Below, in pieces: positions 20,629 to 30,417 of a stretch of DNA of 64,000 nt. The DNA lies in NCBI GenBank assembly GCA_034111445.1, contig JAWUXH010000028.1, positions 85,950-149,949 of the forward strand, in the 5' to 3' direction. Every line of letters starts with the position of its first letter. Position 1 is the first letter of the stretch. The notes beneath the pieces were generated by a model. It made no database searches and was not told the origin of the DNA. It saw only the letters and a list, made by a program, of their open reading frames with translations. The DNA is from Methylophilaceae bacterium. GTDB lineage: Bacteria > Pseudomonadota > Gammaproteobacteria > Burkholderiales > Methylophilaceae. The position numbers were made by a program, and so were the translations under genes.

Positions 20629-20725
20629 TGTTAGTGCAGAGAATAAGGCAGTAGGTACTGCAAAGTACTGATGAGTCGTCATTGACCTAGTGTGACTCTG
20701 TCGAAATAGATTAGGCGCACTAACA
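20629..20725 (+). ncRNA. putative structured small RNA (multi-stem junction)
   Basis: 9-bp closing stem TGTTAGTGC/GCACTAACA enclosing three hairpins, one with a GNRA loop; G-U pairs favour the + strand. Confidence 0.5.
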
Positions 20726-20739
20726 CCTTCTGCGGCGGC

Positions 20740-21162
20740 TTAAGGCGTCGGACTCCAAAATAGTGGTGTGTTGTTGTTCGGTGTGTTGAGTTGCACCATA
20801 TGGGTTCGCCTTAACGTTTCGAATGCTTCATCAAAAGAGATGTTGCCATTCTGTGACAAGGCTTTTGCCGATGACTCACCAAATAGCGTCCAGTCCGGAT
20901 TTTGAGTATAAGCATGATCTTTCATGCATAGCCGCATGACTCTTGCTTTCCTGCCTATAATTTCTAATTGTTGAAAGGCCACTTTGGCATCCATATGCGC
21001 TACAGACTTTTCTGATATTGCAATACACTCATTAAGGTCAGCCTGCAGCTGATTATTTGTCACAGGGGCCGGTTTACTGAATAACAAATCCATGTTGATG
21101 AGCCATGCCAATATTAATGCAAGGGCAACCACCAAAAGCACTATATAAGTTTTGTTCATCAC
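20740..21162 (-). CDS. hypothetical membrane-anchored protein
   Basis: 140-aa ORF with N-terminal TM and two Cys. Confidence 0.65.
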   Translation of the reverse strand: MMNKTYIVLLVVALALILAWLINMDLLFSKPAPVTNNQLQADLNECIAISEKSVAHMDAKVAFQQLEIIGRKARVMRLCMKDHAYTQNPDWTLFGESSAKALSQNGNISFDEAFETLRRTHMVQLNTPNNNTPLFWSPTP

Positions 21163-21293
21163 TGGGGACCCTTAAGGTTATCTAAAAAACATACAATAAA
21201 ACAAAAATGGCTTAATAGCAGTCATCATAAGACAAAATTTTTGTTATGAAAATGCATCTAGCGCGACCAATCAAATATAGGGGGAATTCTTGT

Positions 21294-21743
21294 ATGGCAG
21301 AAAACCAACAAAAACAGTCGAAATCGATCATGGCGCAAATTAGAAATAATTTGGTGGCGATTATCAGTTTAATAGCAGCTGTAGGCGGATTTACGTTTGA
21401 TACTTGGCGTGATCATCAAAATGAAATTAACCAAAATATGCGTGATGCAGCCTTTGAGGTATTGCAAGACTTAGGCGAGTTACAAACAATCGTAAACTAT
21501 GCGCACTATGATGCGGATGCCTCACGTGGTAACCCCATTGATGGATGGAAGCATGCGGTTCAAGTACGAGACCTAAGTCACTTATTAAGTGCTGACAGTA
21601 AAAAGCACGGGCAGCAATTATATGATGTATGGGAAGCACATTGGCCTAAGCTAAAAAATGAGTCAGCGAGTGAAAAATTGATTAGCGATCAGATTGTGAT
21701 GATGAGGCGTACCGTGATCAAAAATATCGATCAATTGAATTAA
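21294..21743 (+). CDS. hypothetical single-TM protein
   Basis: ORF with GGGGA RBS before ATG 21294; one TM then a helical domain. Confidence 0.7.
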   Translation: MAENQQKQSKSIMAQIRNNLVAIISLIAAVGGFTFDTWRDHQNEINQNMRDAAFEVLQDLGELQTIVNYAHYDADASRGNPIDGWKHAVQVRDLSHLLSADSKKHGQQLYDVWEAHWPKLKNESASEKLISDQIVMMRRTVIKNIDQLN

Positions 21744-21830
21744 GTAATAAAAGCAGGTTTATTCTTAAGTTTTAACATTGCTTGCCGATAGCCATTACAT
21801 AGACACAATTTAATGCTGATGGGTGATGTG

Positions 21831-21980
21831 ATGAAAAATGATACGGATGAATTTTCAGGCGATCAATTTTATAATGCGTTCATTGCTGTGGATAAAGTTA
21901 TCTATGGAGAACAAGATTTAATTCCATGGGATGAACCTGAACACTATAAGGTAGAAGACCTGAAGTTGGATGTTGTGTAA
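21831..21980 (+). CDS. small acidic hypothetical protein (49 aa)
   Basis: MKNDTDEFSGDQFYNAFIAVDKVIYGEQDLIPWDEPEHYKVEDLKLDVV; GGTGA RBS-like site; followed by a terminator. Confidence 0.45.
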   Translation: MKNDTDEFSGDQFYNAFIAVDKVIYGEQDLIPWDEPEHYKVEDLKLDVV

Positions 21981-21999
21981 TACCGTTGGTTGTCAGACC

Positions 22000-22036
22000 A
22001 AAATAAAAAACCCGCTTAGTGCGGGTTTTTTATTTT
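22000..22036. terminator. bidirectional rho-independent terminator
   Basis: AAAATAAAAAACCCGC-ttagt-GCGGGTTTTTTATTTT between convergent genes. Confidence 0.85.
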
Positions 22037-22059
22037 GAAACGACAACTAACTTATGTGC

Positions 22060-22656
22060 TTAAAGCGACATACGCTTCATCGTGTCATCTTTATCGATAA
22101 ACTTATGTTTGAGTGCACCTAAAACATGCAAGATCAGTACGAGCAATACAATGATGATGGTAATTTCATGCGCTTCATGGAATATTTTTCTAAGGCCTTT
22201 ATCATCTAAACCACCCAGTAATTCAATGCCAAACCATTTCACACCATATTTGCTTGAAACGGCTTGCATCAGACCGGTTAGTGGAATAGCAAACATCAGT
22301 AAGTAAAGGATGTGATGTGCGCCAGTCGCTAATCTACGTTCCCATGTCTTATAAGAGTTAAGCATTCTTGGTGCTTTATGCGTCATGCGCCAGAACAATC
22401 TAAATGCAATTAGACCAAGCAACGTAACGCCAATTGACTTGTGTAGGTTGAAGTAAAAAGTACGTGGGCTTGCTTCTTTAGCCAGCTCCCAGGTGTAAAT
22501 GCCAAGGTCAAATAAGTCGTAAGACATCTCTTTTGGTGCTTCTTTTGGTAGGTCTGTCATATACCAACCAAAGAAGATCATAGAAATAATACCAATGGCA
22601 ATTAACCAATGGAGAATGACCGCTACGGTTGAGTAGCGTTTTGTTGTTTCAAACAT
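22060..22656 (-). CDS. cytochrome b561 (YceJ/CybB-like)
   Basis: LHWLIA, LHKSIG, HEAHE, LHVLGALKH heme-ligand His pattern. Confidence 0.9.
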   Translation of the reverse strand: MFETTKRYSTVAVILHWLIAIGIISMIFFGWYMTDLPKEAPKEMSYDLFDLGIYTWELAKEASPRTFYFNLHKSIGVTLLGLIAFRLFWRMTHKAPRMLNSYKTWERRLATGAHHILYLLMFAIPLTGLMQAVSSKYGVKWFGIELLGGLDDKGLRKIFHEAHEITIIIVLLVLILHVLGALKHKFIDKDDTMKRMSL

Positions 22657-22781
22657 GCGTGACCTCGCTCTTAATGGGCTGTGTGACGAAAATTACATTG
22701 CTAATATTTAACTAGCTGTAATATTAGCGTATTGTGTACTTGTATTGAACCCTTAATTACAAAAATAATAGGAAGTTTGCG

Positions 22782-23708
22782 ATGCTAAGACTTGGAATGT
22801 TTTTATTGAGTTTGCTGATGGTGGCCTGTACGCAAACCAATAGCGACCAAACTTTTGCGGTTGAGGCCATCGGTGATGGTATTTATGTACACCATGGTGA
22901 GCATCTTGATATAGACGTTGGTTACCAAGGCGACATCTGTAATATTAGTTTTATTGTCGGTAGTAAAGGCGTAGCGGTCATTGATACCGGCGGTAGCTTA
23001 AAGGTCGGCCAGCAATTACGTGCTGCGATTAAAAATGTGACAGATAAACCCATTTTGTATGTGATTAATACCCACGTACATCCAGATCACATTTTTGGTA
23101 ATGCGGCATTTGTGGATGTTGGCACACCACCTACATTTGTAGGCCATGAAAAATTAGCCGATGCGATGACTTTACGCGAAGAGGCTTATGAAAAATTGAA
23201 TGCCCAGTACTTGGGTCACGATGCAAAAGGGACGGTGTTAGTGAAACCCAGCTTACAGATTTCAGGGCCAGCTATTTTAGATTTAGGTGACCGTAAACTT
23301 AGCATTACCCCTTATGCAAATGCGCATACCAATACCGACATTACGGTGATTGATATCAAGACCGGTACTTTGTTTACAGGAGACTTATTATTTATTGAGC
23401 GTACGCCTGTACTTGAAGGCGATATTAAAGGCCTTATTACAACCATTGATACATTGAAAACATACGATGTTAAGCAAGTGGTACCAGGCCATGGCCCTGT
23501 TGCAAAAGATTGGGTGCAAGCGCTTAATAATGAGCAGCGTTACTTAAATGCCATGTTGACTGACATACGTGAAATTATTGCCAATGATGGCACGATGGAA
23601 GATGCGATGGATAACGCGGCTGCGAGGGAAAAACCAAATTGGTTATTGTTTGATATTGCAAATAGGCGCAATGTGAATACTATTTATCCTGCGTTGGAAT
23701 GGGAATAA
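22782..23708 (+). CDS. MBL-fold quinoprotein relay system zinc metallohydrolase-like lipoprotein
   Basis: Lipobox LMVAC, THVHPDH, AHT..D, GDLLF, VPGHG, C-terminal LEWE. Confidence 0.8.
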   Translation: MLRLGMFLLSLLMVACTQTNSDQTFAVEAIGDGIYVHHGEHLDIDVGYQGDICNISFIVGSKGVAVIDTGGSLKVGQQLRAAIKNVTDKPILYVINTHVHPDHIFGNAAFVDVGTPPTFVGHEKLADAMTLREEAYEKLNAQYLGHDAKGTVLVKPSLQISGPAILDLGDRKLSITPYANAHTNTDITVIDIKTGTLFTGDLLFIERTPVLEGDIKGLITTIDTLKTYDVKQVVPGHGPVAKDWVQALNNEQRYLNAMLTDIREIIANDGTMEDAMDNAAAREKPNWLLFDIANRRNVNTIYPALEWE

Positions 23709-23737
23709 AAAAAGCGACTCAATTGAGTCGCTTTTTT
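23708..23737. terminator. bidirectional rho-independent terminator
   Basis: AAAAAAGCGACTC-aatt-GAGTCGCTTTTTT. Confidence 0.85.
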
Positions 23738-23754
23738 GTGCTGCAAATTTAAAC

Positions 23755-24144
23755 CTATTTTTTCAAGTTGTCTAATGCAAGCGCCATTCTGTGATGCAGG
23801 CCAACCATGATTAAACCACCAGCAATTGCCATGTACTGTAGTACAAAGATTAAACCATTTGGCTCTTGTAGTTTAATAAAGAATGCAAAGAATAGTGCAT
23901 AACCAGCTAACACATAGGCACAAAGTTTAGTTTTAAAGCCTAATAGTAAGCCAACACCAAACACCAATTGAATGAAAATAGTCAGCGGTGCAAAAATACC
24001 AGGCAGACCATGCGCACTAAAGTAAGCGGCATATTTTTCATAGCCTTGTGGGTCGTTGCCAATTTGCGTAATGGTAACAAATGCTGCTACCACAAAAATT
24101 TGCGCTAATAAAACACGTGCTATGACTTCAATGTAATTTTTCAT
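23755..24144 (-). CDS. DoxX family membrane protein
   Basis: ARVLLA.IF, G.GLLLGFKT, AIAGGLI. Confidence 0.8.
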   Translation of the reverse strand: MKNYIEVIARVLLAQIFVVAAFVTITQIGNDPQGYEKYAAYFSAHGLPGIFAPLTIFIQLVFGVGLLLGFKTKLCAYVLAGYALFFAFFIKLQEPNGLIFVLQYMAIAGGLIMVGLHHRMALALDNLKK

Positions 24145-24228
24145 TTTTTCACTTTCGGTTAGTTTTATGATGACCGTTTAAATTCAAAGTCGACCATTAT
24201 CAATGCCGTATTATAGAGATTTTAGTCA

Positions 24229-24678
24229 ATGATAGCTAATATTGTCATACAAGAAGGAAGTTGGGATTTATTAAAGCCACAATTAATCCCAATCAGAACA
24301 GCCGTTTTTATTGTTGAGCAGGAAGTACCAGTTGCACTAGAGTGGGATGAAGACGATGCGAAAGCTGTTCACCTACTAGCACTTAACCAAAAAGGCCAAG
24401 CTGTTGGTTGTGCCCGTATTGTAAATACTGCGGCGGGTGATGTTGCAAAGTTAGGTCGTATGGCTGTGCTTAGCGCTGAACGAAAGCAAGGGTATGGCGA
24501 AGCATTGTTAGCCAATGCGATTGCACTTTGTCAAAAAGAAAGTAATCAAAACTTAGTACTTTCAGCACAAATGCATGCGATTCCATTTTACGAAAAGTTT
24601 GAGTTTAAAGTAGTGAGTGAGCGTTATCTTGATGCGGGAATTTGGCATGTGGATATGATTCGTACACTTAATCAATAG
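24229..24678 (+). CDS. GNAT N-acetyltransferase (ElaA/YjcF-like)
   Basis: IRTAVFIVEQ, LGRMAV...RKQGYG, AQ.HAIPFYEK, DAGIWH. Confidence 0.88.
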   Translation: MIANIVIQEGSWDLLKPQLIPIRTAVFIVEQEVPVALEWDEDDAKAVHLLALNQKGQAVGCARIVNTAAGDVAKLGRMAVLSAERKQGYGEALLANAIALCQKESNQNLVLSAQMHAIPFYEKFEFKVVSERYLDAGIWHVDMIRTLNQ

Positions 24679-24737
24679 CTTGTATAATAGAGTCAGAAAT
24701 TTATTCGTTATTGTTTTAATTTATTTAAGGAAATTAC

Positions 24738-25283
24738 ATGTCAAAACCAGTCGTTTTTAAAGCAGGTGAAGCAACCCTATACACTGAAGGTAAAGATACT
24801 TCAGCAGCTATGCCAGAAATTCTTATTGGTGCAGTTGACGGCCCAGTAGGTCAAGCATTTGCAAATATGATGGCACAATCTAAAGGCCACACAGCCATGT
24901 TTGCTGTGCGTGACCTTAACCAATTAGTACGTCCTGCTTGTATGATGGCGCCAAAAGTAACATTAAAAGATTCAGCTAATATCGATTTATTCGGTGGCTT
25001 AGTACAAGCGGCTACAGCTGATGCGATTTTAGATTGTGTGATTGAAGGCATTATCCCTAAAGAGCAAGTAAATGATTTATGTATTATTAGCTTGGTATGG
25101 ATTGATCCAGGTGCGGCAACTGATGCAAACTTAGATAAAGCTGATATGTATAAAAACAACTATGACGCGACTAAGTTAGCGATTAAACGTGCGTTAAATG
25201 ATGAGCCTACAATTGATGAGCTGATTGCTAACCGCAACAAAATCAAACACTGTATGTGGGAAGATTCATGGGATCAAAAGTAA
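24738..25283 (+). CDS. fae: formaldehyde-activating enzyme homolog (divergent Fae2/Fae3 type)
   Basis: GEA, ILIG..DGPVG.AF, KVTLK, FG..Q.A.A.A..D...EGIIP, NY.ATKLAI.RA...EP. Confidence 0.82.
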   Translation: MSKPVVFKAGEATLYTEGKDTSAAMPEILIGAVDGPVGQAFANMMAQSKGHTAMFAVRDLNQLVRPACMMAPKVTLKDSANIDLFGGLVQAATADAILDCVIEGIIPKEQVNDLCIISLVWIDPGAATDANLDKADMYKNNYDATKLAIKRALNDEPTIDELIANRNKIKHCMWEDSWDQK

Positions 25284-25295
25284 TTTGATTCTTAA

Positions 25296-25327
25296 TTAAA
25301 AAAAGCGGCCTTGGCCGCTTTTTTTAA
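25296..25327. terminator. bidirectional rho-independent terminator
   Basis: AAAAAAAGCGGCC-tt-GGCCGCTTTTTTT. Confidence 0.8.
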
Positions 25328-25352
25328 TGCATGGTGCAAATAAATAAGGCCA

Positions 25353-26468
25353 TTACATTTGATGTTTATTGTTAACCAGTGACTCTAAAATAGGAGAGCG
25401 TTTGTTGGCAACACTTTGTTCATACGGATGTTCTGTTTTGCCATAAAGCCTAGCGAGCTTTTTCACATAGTGCTGCGTTTCTTTATATGGGGGTACACCT
25501 TTATAGCGGTCTACTGCACCTTCACCAGCGTTGTATGCTGCAGCAGCTAGTTCTACATGGCCTTCATAATAAGCAAGCAACCAGCGAATATATTTAATAC
25601 CACCTTTGATGTTTTGTTTTGCATCATACGCATTCACTACGCCAAACCGTCTAGCTGTTGCTGGGATCAGTTGCATTAAACCCTGCGCATTGGCATGTGA
25701 GGTGGCTTTGACGTTAAAAGCAGATTCAATGGCAATGAATGACATGATGAGCCTTGGGTCCATATCGTATAGCGCTGCTTGGTTTTTGACAATGCGATAA
25801 ATGCGGGCTTGTCTATTAAAGATACGGTCTGCGCGGTCTTGGGTTTCTTTCAGTTTCTTATCTGCGCTTGCTTGGCGGATTTTTCTCAGTTCAATTTGCA
25901 CTAATTCATCATGTGATAATTCAGGCTTTTCAACTGCATAAATGACCGGTTTTGGTCTAGCAAACATGCATTTAGGTAACTCACCTTCTGCTTCATCCGC
26001 AAGACGTGGTAATTCTTTAAGGGCTAGCGTATGTTTTTGTTCCGCAGCAATGGTATAAAAAAATTTCGCAACCGATTTATCCATCGGCACGCCTTTTCCA
26101 TACTCGTGTACCCAGCCTAGTGCAAATTGCGCATTGGCATTACCATCACGCGCATCAGCGCAATAATTTGCATAGGCTGTATCAAACCCAACAAAAGCTT
26201 TATTACTACGACCAAATTTAAAGGCTAGTTCAGTTAATGCCGCATTAGGATTTTGTAATGGGGCAGATTCAATGGCAATGATTTTTTCAAGCTCGTATTT
26301 AGTTTTTGCTTTTTCTTGCGCTGAGTCTGAAATATCTTCTGTGGAAGCGAGCGTTGTGATTTCTGCTGACGCTGCACTGCCTGTTTCAGACGTAATGATT
26401 TCTTCTGCAAATGCAAAATGGGTATTGGAAATCAAAATAGCTAAAATAAAATGTTTAAATAGATGCAT
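25353..26468 (-). CDS. soluble lytic transglycosylase with Sel1-like repeat
   Basis: Signal peptide; AQFALGW..EYGKGV (Sel1); IESAFN, AQGLMQL, AYNAG. Confidence 0.88.
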   Translation of the reverse strand: MHLFKHFILAILISNTHFAFAEEIITSETGSAASAEITTLASTEDISDSAQEKAKTKYELEKIIAIESAPLQNPNAALTELAFKFGRSNKAFVGFDTAYANYCADARDGNANAQFALGWVHEYGKGVPMDKSVAKFFYTIAAEQKHTLALKELPRLADEAEGELPKCMFARPKPVIYAVEKPELSHDELVQIELRKIRQASADKKLKETQDRADRIFNRQARIYRIVKNQAALYDMDPRLIMSFIAIESAFNVKATSHANAQGLMQLIPATARRFGVVNAYDAKQNIKGGIKYIRWLLAYYEGHVELAAAAYNAGEGAVDRYKGVPPYKETQHYVKKLARLYGKTEHPYEQSVANKRSPILESLVNNKHQM

Positions 26469-26614
26469 ATGTGTAGAAAATACTACTTAGCCTAATTTTT
26501 AAGCATTAATCATAATAAATTATAAGAGCACTCACAATAGCCCAATTGGCCGCTGGAGTTAGTAAGTGATCACTTTTTACGATGGACGTATTTTACATGA
26601 TTGTCATGAGATTA

Positions 26615-27646
26615 CTAAAGTGACAGTAAAATGTTGCGCACTGGGGTTGGAATAGCCGCAGCAATAGCATCATCAACGGTTAACCATACAAGGCCGTTTA
26701 CATCCATTGTTTTAGGGCGATCAATAACCTGTAATGGTTGCGGCGTAATCGCTAATTTATAGTGCGTAAAGACATGGTTGACGATCACCAATGGCTCTTC
26801 TGATTCTACCGATAACCCAAACTGTTCACGTGCCACTTCACTCGCAATAGCCGACATTGATATTTCAGGGAAGCTCCAAAGTCCAGCCCATATGCCTTTT
26901 TGAGGTCGTTTTTCCAGAAGCACTTCGTTCCCCATGCGCATAATCAACATGGTTGTTTCTTTATGTGGGATAGCTTTTTTTGGCTTAGGCGTTGGCAGTT
27001 CGTTAGTTTTATTCGCTATGAATGCCTGGCAGGTTTCTTTTAGTGGGCAGACTTCACATTTAGGCTTGCTACGCGTGCATACGGTCGCCCCTAAGTCCAT
27101 TAAGCCTTGTGTATAGGGGACCATATTGTTTGGCGGTAATAATGTCTCAGCCAAGGCCCACATCTTGTTTGCAACCGCAGGGCTGCTTGGCCAACCTTCA
27201 ATTAAGAAGTGTCGTGCTAATACGCGTTTTACATTGCCATCTAAAATCGTTTCAATTTGGCCAAAGGCAAATGAAACAATGGCCGCCGCTGTTGAACGCC
27301 CAATGCCTGATAGTGTTTGGGCGGCTTCAAAGTCTGTTGGGAACTGGCCATTAAAGTCAGCCATAATGGTTTGTGCTGCTTTGTGTAAGTTTCTGGCGCG
27401 AGAGTAATAACCTAGGCCACTCCAATATTGCAGTACTTCCTCTTGCTCAGCCTCAGCTAAGGTTGCAATATCAGGGAAGCGCCCCATGAATTTTGCGTAG
27501 TAACCAATCACAGCGGTGACTTGCGTTTGTTGCAGCATGATTTCAGACACCCATATCGCGTACGGGTCAGTGGTGTTTTGCCATGGCAAGCCGTGCCTGC
27601 CATGTACTTTTTGCCAATCGATTAGGCGCGCAGAAAACTCAGACAT
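26615..27646 (-). CDS. mutY: A/G-specific adenine glycosylase
   Basis: WVSEIMLQQTQV, WSGLGYYSRARN, LSGIG.STA, CTRSKPKCEVCPL...C. Confidence 0.97.
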   Translation of the reverse strand: MSEFSARLIDWQKVHGRHGLPWQNTTDPYAIWVSEIMLQQTQVTAVIGYYAKFMGRFPDIATLAEAEQEEVLQYWSGLGYYSRARNLHKAAQTIMADFNGQFPTDFEAAQTLSGIGRSTAAAIVSFAFGQIETILDGNVKRVLARHFLIEGWPSSPAVANKMWALAETLLPPNNMVPYTQGLMDLGATVCTRSKPKCEVCPLKETCQAFIANKTNELPTPKPKKAIPHKETTMLIMRMGNEVLLEKRPQKGIWAGLWSFPEISMSAIASEVAREQFGLSVESEEPLVIVNHVFTHYKLAITPQPLQVIDRPKTMDVNGLVWLTVDDAIAAAIPTPVRNILLSL

Positions 27647-27692
27647 GATTGACCAGATTTAATTGTAGTAGGGGGTGTGTAGGGGATAGGTA

Positions 27693-30329
27693 CTAAAAGT
27701 TAAGTAGTTTTTTCAGTACCTTTTCAGCTGGTTTCTCTTCAGTTTTTGCATCACCGGTAGCACCCTCTTTAGATTTTTTACCAAGCAAGCCTGTTAAGGT
27801 TTCAACTTTAATATCACCTTTCAGTACATCTTTAACCGCAGCACTTTTGCCGCCAGCGACTTTATCAATCAATTTTGATTTAGCCGCTTGCTTGCCAATT
27901 GCTGCAAAGTCCATACCAAACTTAGGTGCTGCAAATGTACCGGTGACTTTCACTGGAATGGCAAAACCTGCGAGTGATTTTAAATCTTCACCGCCTTGAC
28001 CTTTAATTGACTTAACGACAGTCGGTTTCGCTAAGTAATCAATTTTTTCTTGACCAATATCAATGGTGCCGCGGCTATCACCCTTAGCAAGGCGCAGAAT
28101 CGGCGCTTTCATCGCTAGGTCGTTATTGGTAGCCACACCATCTTTAATGTTGAATGATGCAGTTAGCTCACTAAAGTCAGTCTTTTTGTTGGTGTCAGAG
28201 TCAACACTGCTTTTACCTTTAAATAGATTTGCTTTTGACTTCACTGAGCGAATAGTCCCTGCAATATCAACCCCTTTAATCGCCCCGTCAGCTAAGTTCA
28301 ATGCCGCTTTACCACCGAGCGTTTGCTTTAAAGCGGGTAAAGTATTACCCGTGCTTGTGACATTTAAGCTTAATGAACCCTTACCACTTAACATGTCATT
28401 GTGAATCGTGTCATGCAATAGCGGACCAATGTTAATCCCATTTAATTTCTGGTTAATTGAAAAAGCTGGCACATCACGTGCATCAATCTTCACAGAGCCA
28501 TTGGTGCTACCACCATATAAGTTGGCTGAAAGAGGTGAAACAGTCGTCACCCCATTAGCCGCTTTTAGGTCAATGCGAATGTTTGATGCTTTTGTTTTGT
28601 CGAACTTAAAATTACCGATACGAATACTGCCATCAGCATTGAGCGCTTTCAACGCAGTTAAATCAAACGGTGCATTCTCATCTGTTTTGGACTCAGTTGC
28701 TGGCGCTTCTGATGACGAGATATAACGATTTGCATCTAAGGTGTCGATATCAATTAAAAAGCTGTATAGCGGTTTATCAAACTGACTAATACTAAAGTTA
28801 CCCTTAATTTTACTGTCGTCTAATTTAACGTTTAAGCCAGATAAGCTTAATTTTTTACCGTTAGCTAACACACCAACATTTAAACCAGATAACTTGTATT
28901 TGTCATAAATTAGCTGGTCAATCTTCACATGGCCATCTAGGTTGAGTGTTTTTAATGCACTTAAATCTGGCGCATAACTACTAGCAGGCGTTTCCGCTGG
29001 TTGGGTACTTGGTGTGCTTGCACCCAGTAATTGGTTTAAATCAAGCGTGCCTGCATTTAAATTAAATTTAATGGCGGGTGTTTTAAAGCTAGCTACCGCA
29101 ACATCACCATTTAATTTTGTGCTGTCTACATTAAGCGCAAAGTTACTTTTCACTTTTTCGTTTTTAACGTCAGCATGCAAGCCTAAGTTGAAATCACCTT
29201 TTACGGCACCATTAGGTAGTGCAGGGTCTGTAATGTCTAAGTTACCAACCAATTTTGGTAAGTCGAAAATTAAACCTTCAAGGTCACCTTTTAATGGAGA
29301 TGCGAATGTACCTGCAATTTGACGCTTACCTTGTATGCCTGAAATATCACCGGTAATGCCTGAGCTTTGAATTGAGCTTGGTGAGCCTTTCATGTCTGAT
29401 AATTCAAGATTCGCTTTAAAATTATCGTTCCCTTTTACTTGCGATAAAGCAACGGTAATTTTATTGCTTGAAACTTGATCATTCAATACAGTTAATGCAG
29501 GTGCGTTGAGGTCCACATTCAGTTGTGCACCATCAAACTCACCTGAGGCAAGTACCTTTAAAGCATCCACTAAAATAGTGCTGCTACTTAAGGTTGCATC
29601 AACACTGCCAAGCGCAGCAATATCTACATTTTTACCATCTAATAAATCACCAGTAATTTTTGCGTCTAAACCTTTAGCAATAAAGTGTTGTGTTTCAGGG
29701 TTTGCTAAAAAGTTACCAGCCACTTTCACATCTGCATTCACTGTAGGTTGGTTAGCATTCAAGTGAAAGCTAGCCTTTAAATCAACAGGCGTTGCTAAAG
29801 CAATACGGCCTGACTCCATATTAAATTGGCTCACTGCATATTTTGCGCCGCTGGCTTCGTCACTGTAATTAACTTCAGTATTAGTGATGTTAATGCCCTG
29901 TACATCAAACTTAACTGCTTCTGATGATTCCTCTTCTGTACTATCACTCAAAAGGTCATCAAAGTTTGTTGACCCATCAGCATGCTTAACAATATTCGCT
30001 TTTGCGCCATCGATATAAATTGTATCTACAACCAACTCTTTTTGAAGCAACGGCATCACAGAAAGCGCAACTTTCGCACTATTAACCGAAGCAAACTCTT
30101 TATCTGACTGGTGTTCTGATATGGCGATTTTGCCTAAGTTAGCACCAATTTTGGGCCAGTACGTTAGGCTAATGTCACCATCAATTGTTAAGGTGCGATT
30201 TTTTTCTTTTTTAACTAAATCGATCACTTGTTGTTTGTAATCATTCGGGTTAAAAGTCGCTGCAATATAAGCCACTAAAGCAATGGCAACAATAATTGCG
30301 GCGTAAAAAGCATACTTGATAATTTTCAT
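27693..30329 (-). CDS. asmA: AsmA family protein
   Basis: N-terminal TM plus NPNDYK, beta-rich repeats, TDFSELTASF.I.DG. Confidence 0.85.
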   Translation of the reverse strand: MKIIKYAFYAAIIVAIALVAYIAATFNPNDYKQQVIDLVKKEKNRTLTIDGDISLTYWPKIGANLGKIAISEHQSDKEFASVNSAKVALSVMPLLQKELVVDTIYIDGAKANIVKHADGSTNFDDLLSDSTEEESSEAVKFDVQGINITNTEVNYSDEASGAKYAVSQFNMESGRIALATPVDLKASFHLNANQPTVNADVKVAGNFLANPETQHFIAKGLDAKITGDLLDGKNVDIAALGSVDATLSSSTILVDALKVLASGEFDGAQLNVDLNAPALTVLNDQVSSNKITVALSQVKGNDNFKANLELSDMKGSPSSIQSSGITGDISGIQGKRQIAGTFASPLKGDLEGLIFDLPKLVGNLDITDPALPNGAVKGDFNLGLHADVKNEKVKSNFALNVDSTKLNGDVAVASFKTPAIKFNLNAGTLDLNQLLGASTPSTQPAETPASSYAPDLSALKTLNLDGHVKIDQLIYDKYKLSGLNVGVLANGKKLSLSGLNVKLDDSKIKGNFSISQFDKPLYSFLIDIDTLDANRYISSSEAPATESKTDENAPFDLTALKALNADGSIRIGNFKFDKTKASNIRIDLKAANGVTTVSPLSANLYGGSTNGSVKIDARDVPAFSINQKLNGINIGPLLHDTIHNDMLSGKGSLSLNVTSTGNTLPALKQTLGGKAALNLADGAIKGVDIAGTIRSVKSKANLFKGKSSVDSDTNKKTDFSELTASFNIKDGVATNNDLAMKAPILRLAKGDSRGTIDIGQEKIDYLAKPTVVKSIKGQGGEDLKSLAGFAIPVKVTGTFAAPKFGMDFAAIGKQAAKSKLIDKVAGGKSAAVKDVLKGDIKVETLTGLLGKKSKEGATGDAKTEEKPAEKVLKKLLNF

Positions 30330-30417
30330 GATAATTCGCTTGATAAAGTCAGTTATAAAAAGTGTAGCACTATAAGGGGCAATTTCTAGTGTTAATGCCT
30401 GAAATTAAAGTAAAAAA

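Noticed and set aside
20668-20706. Canonical hammerhead ribozyme (CUGAUGAG...CGAAA)
   Set aside because: Stem II pairs poorly next to the core and no stem III/UH cleavage site could be built; kept only as an unassigned ncRNA candidate
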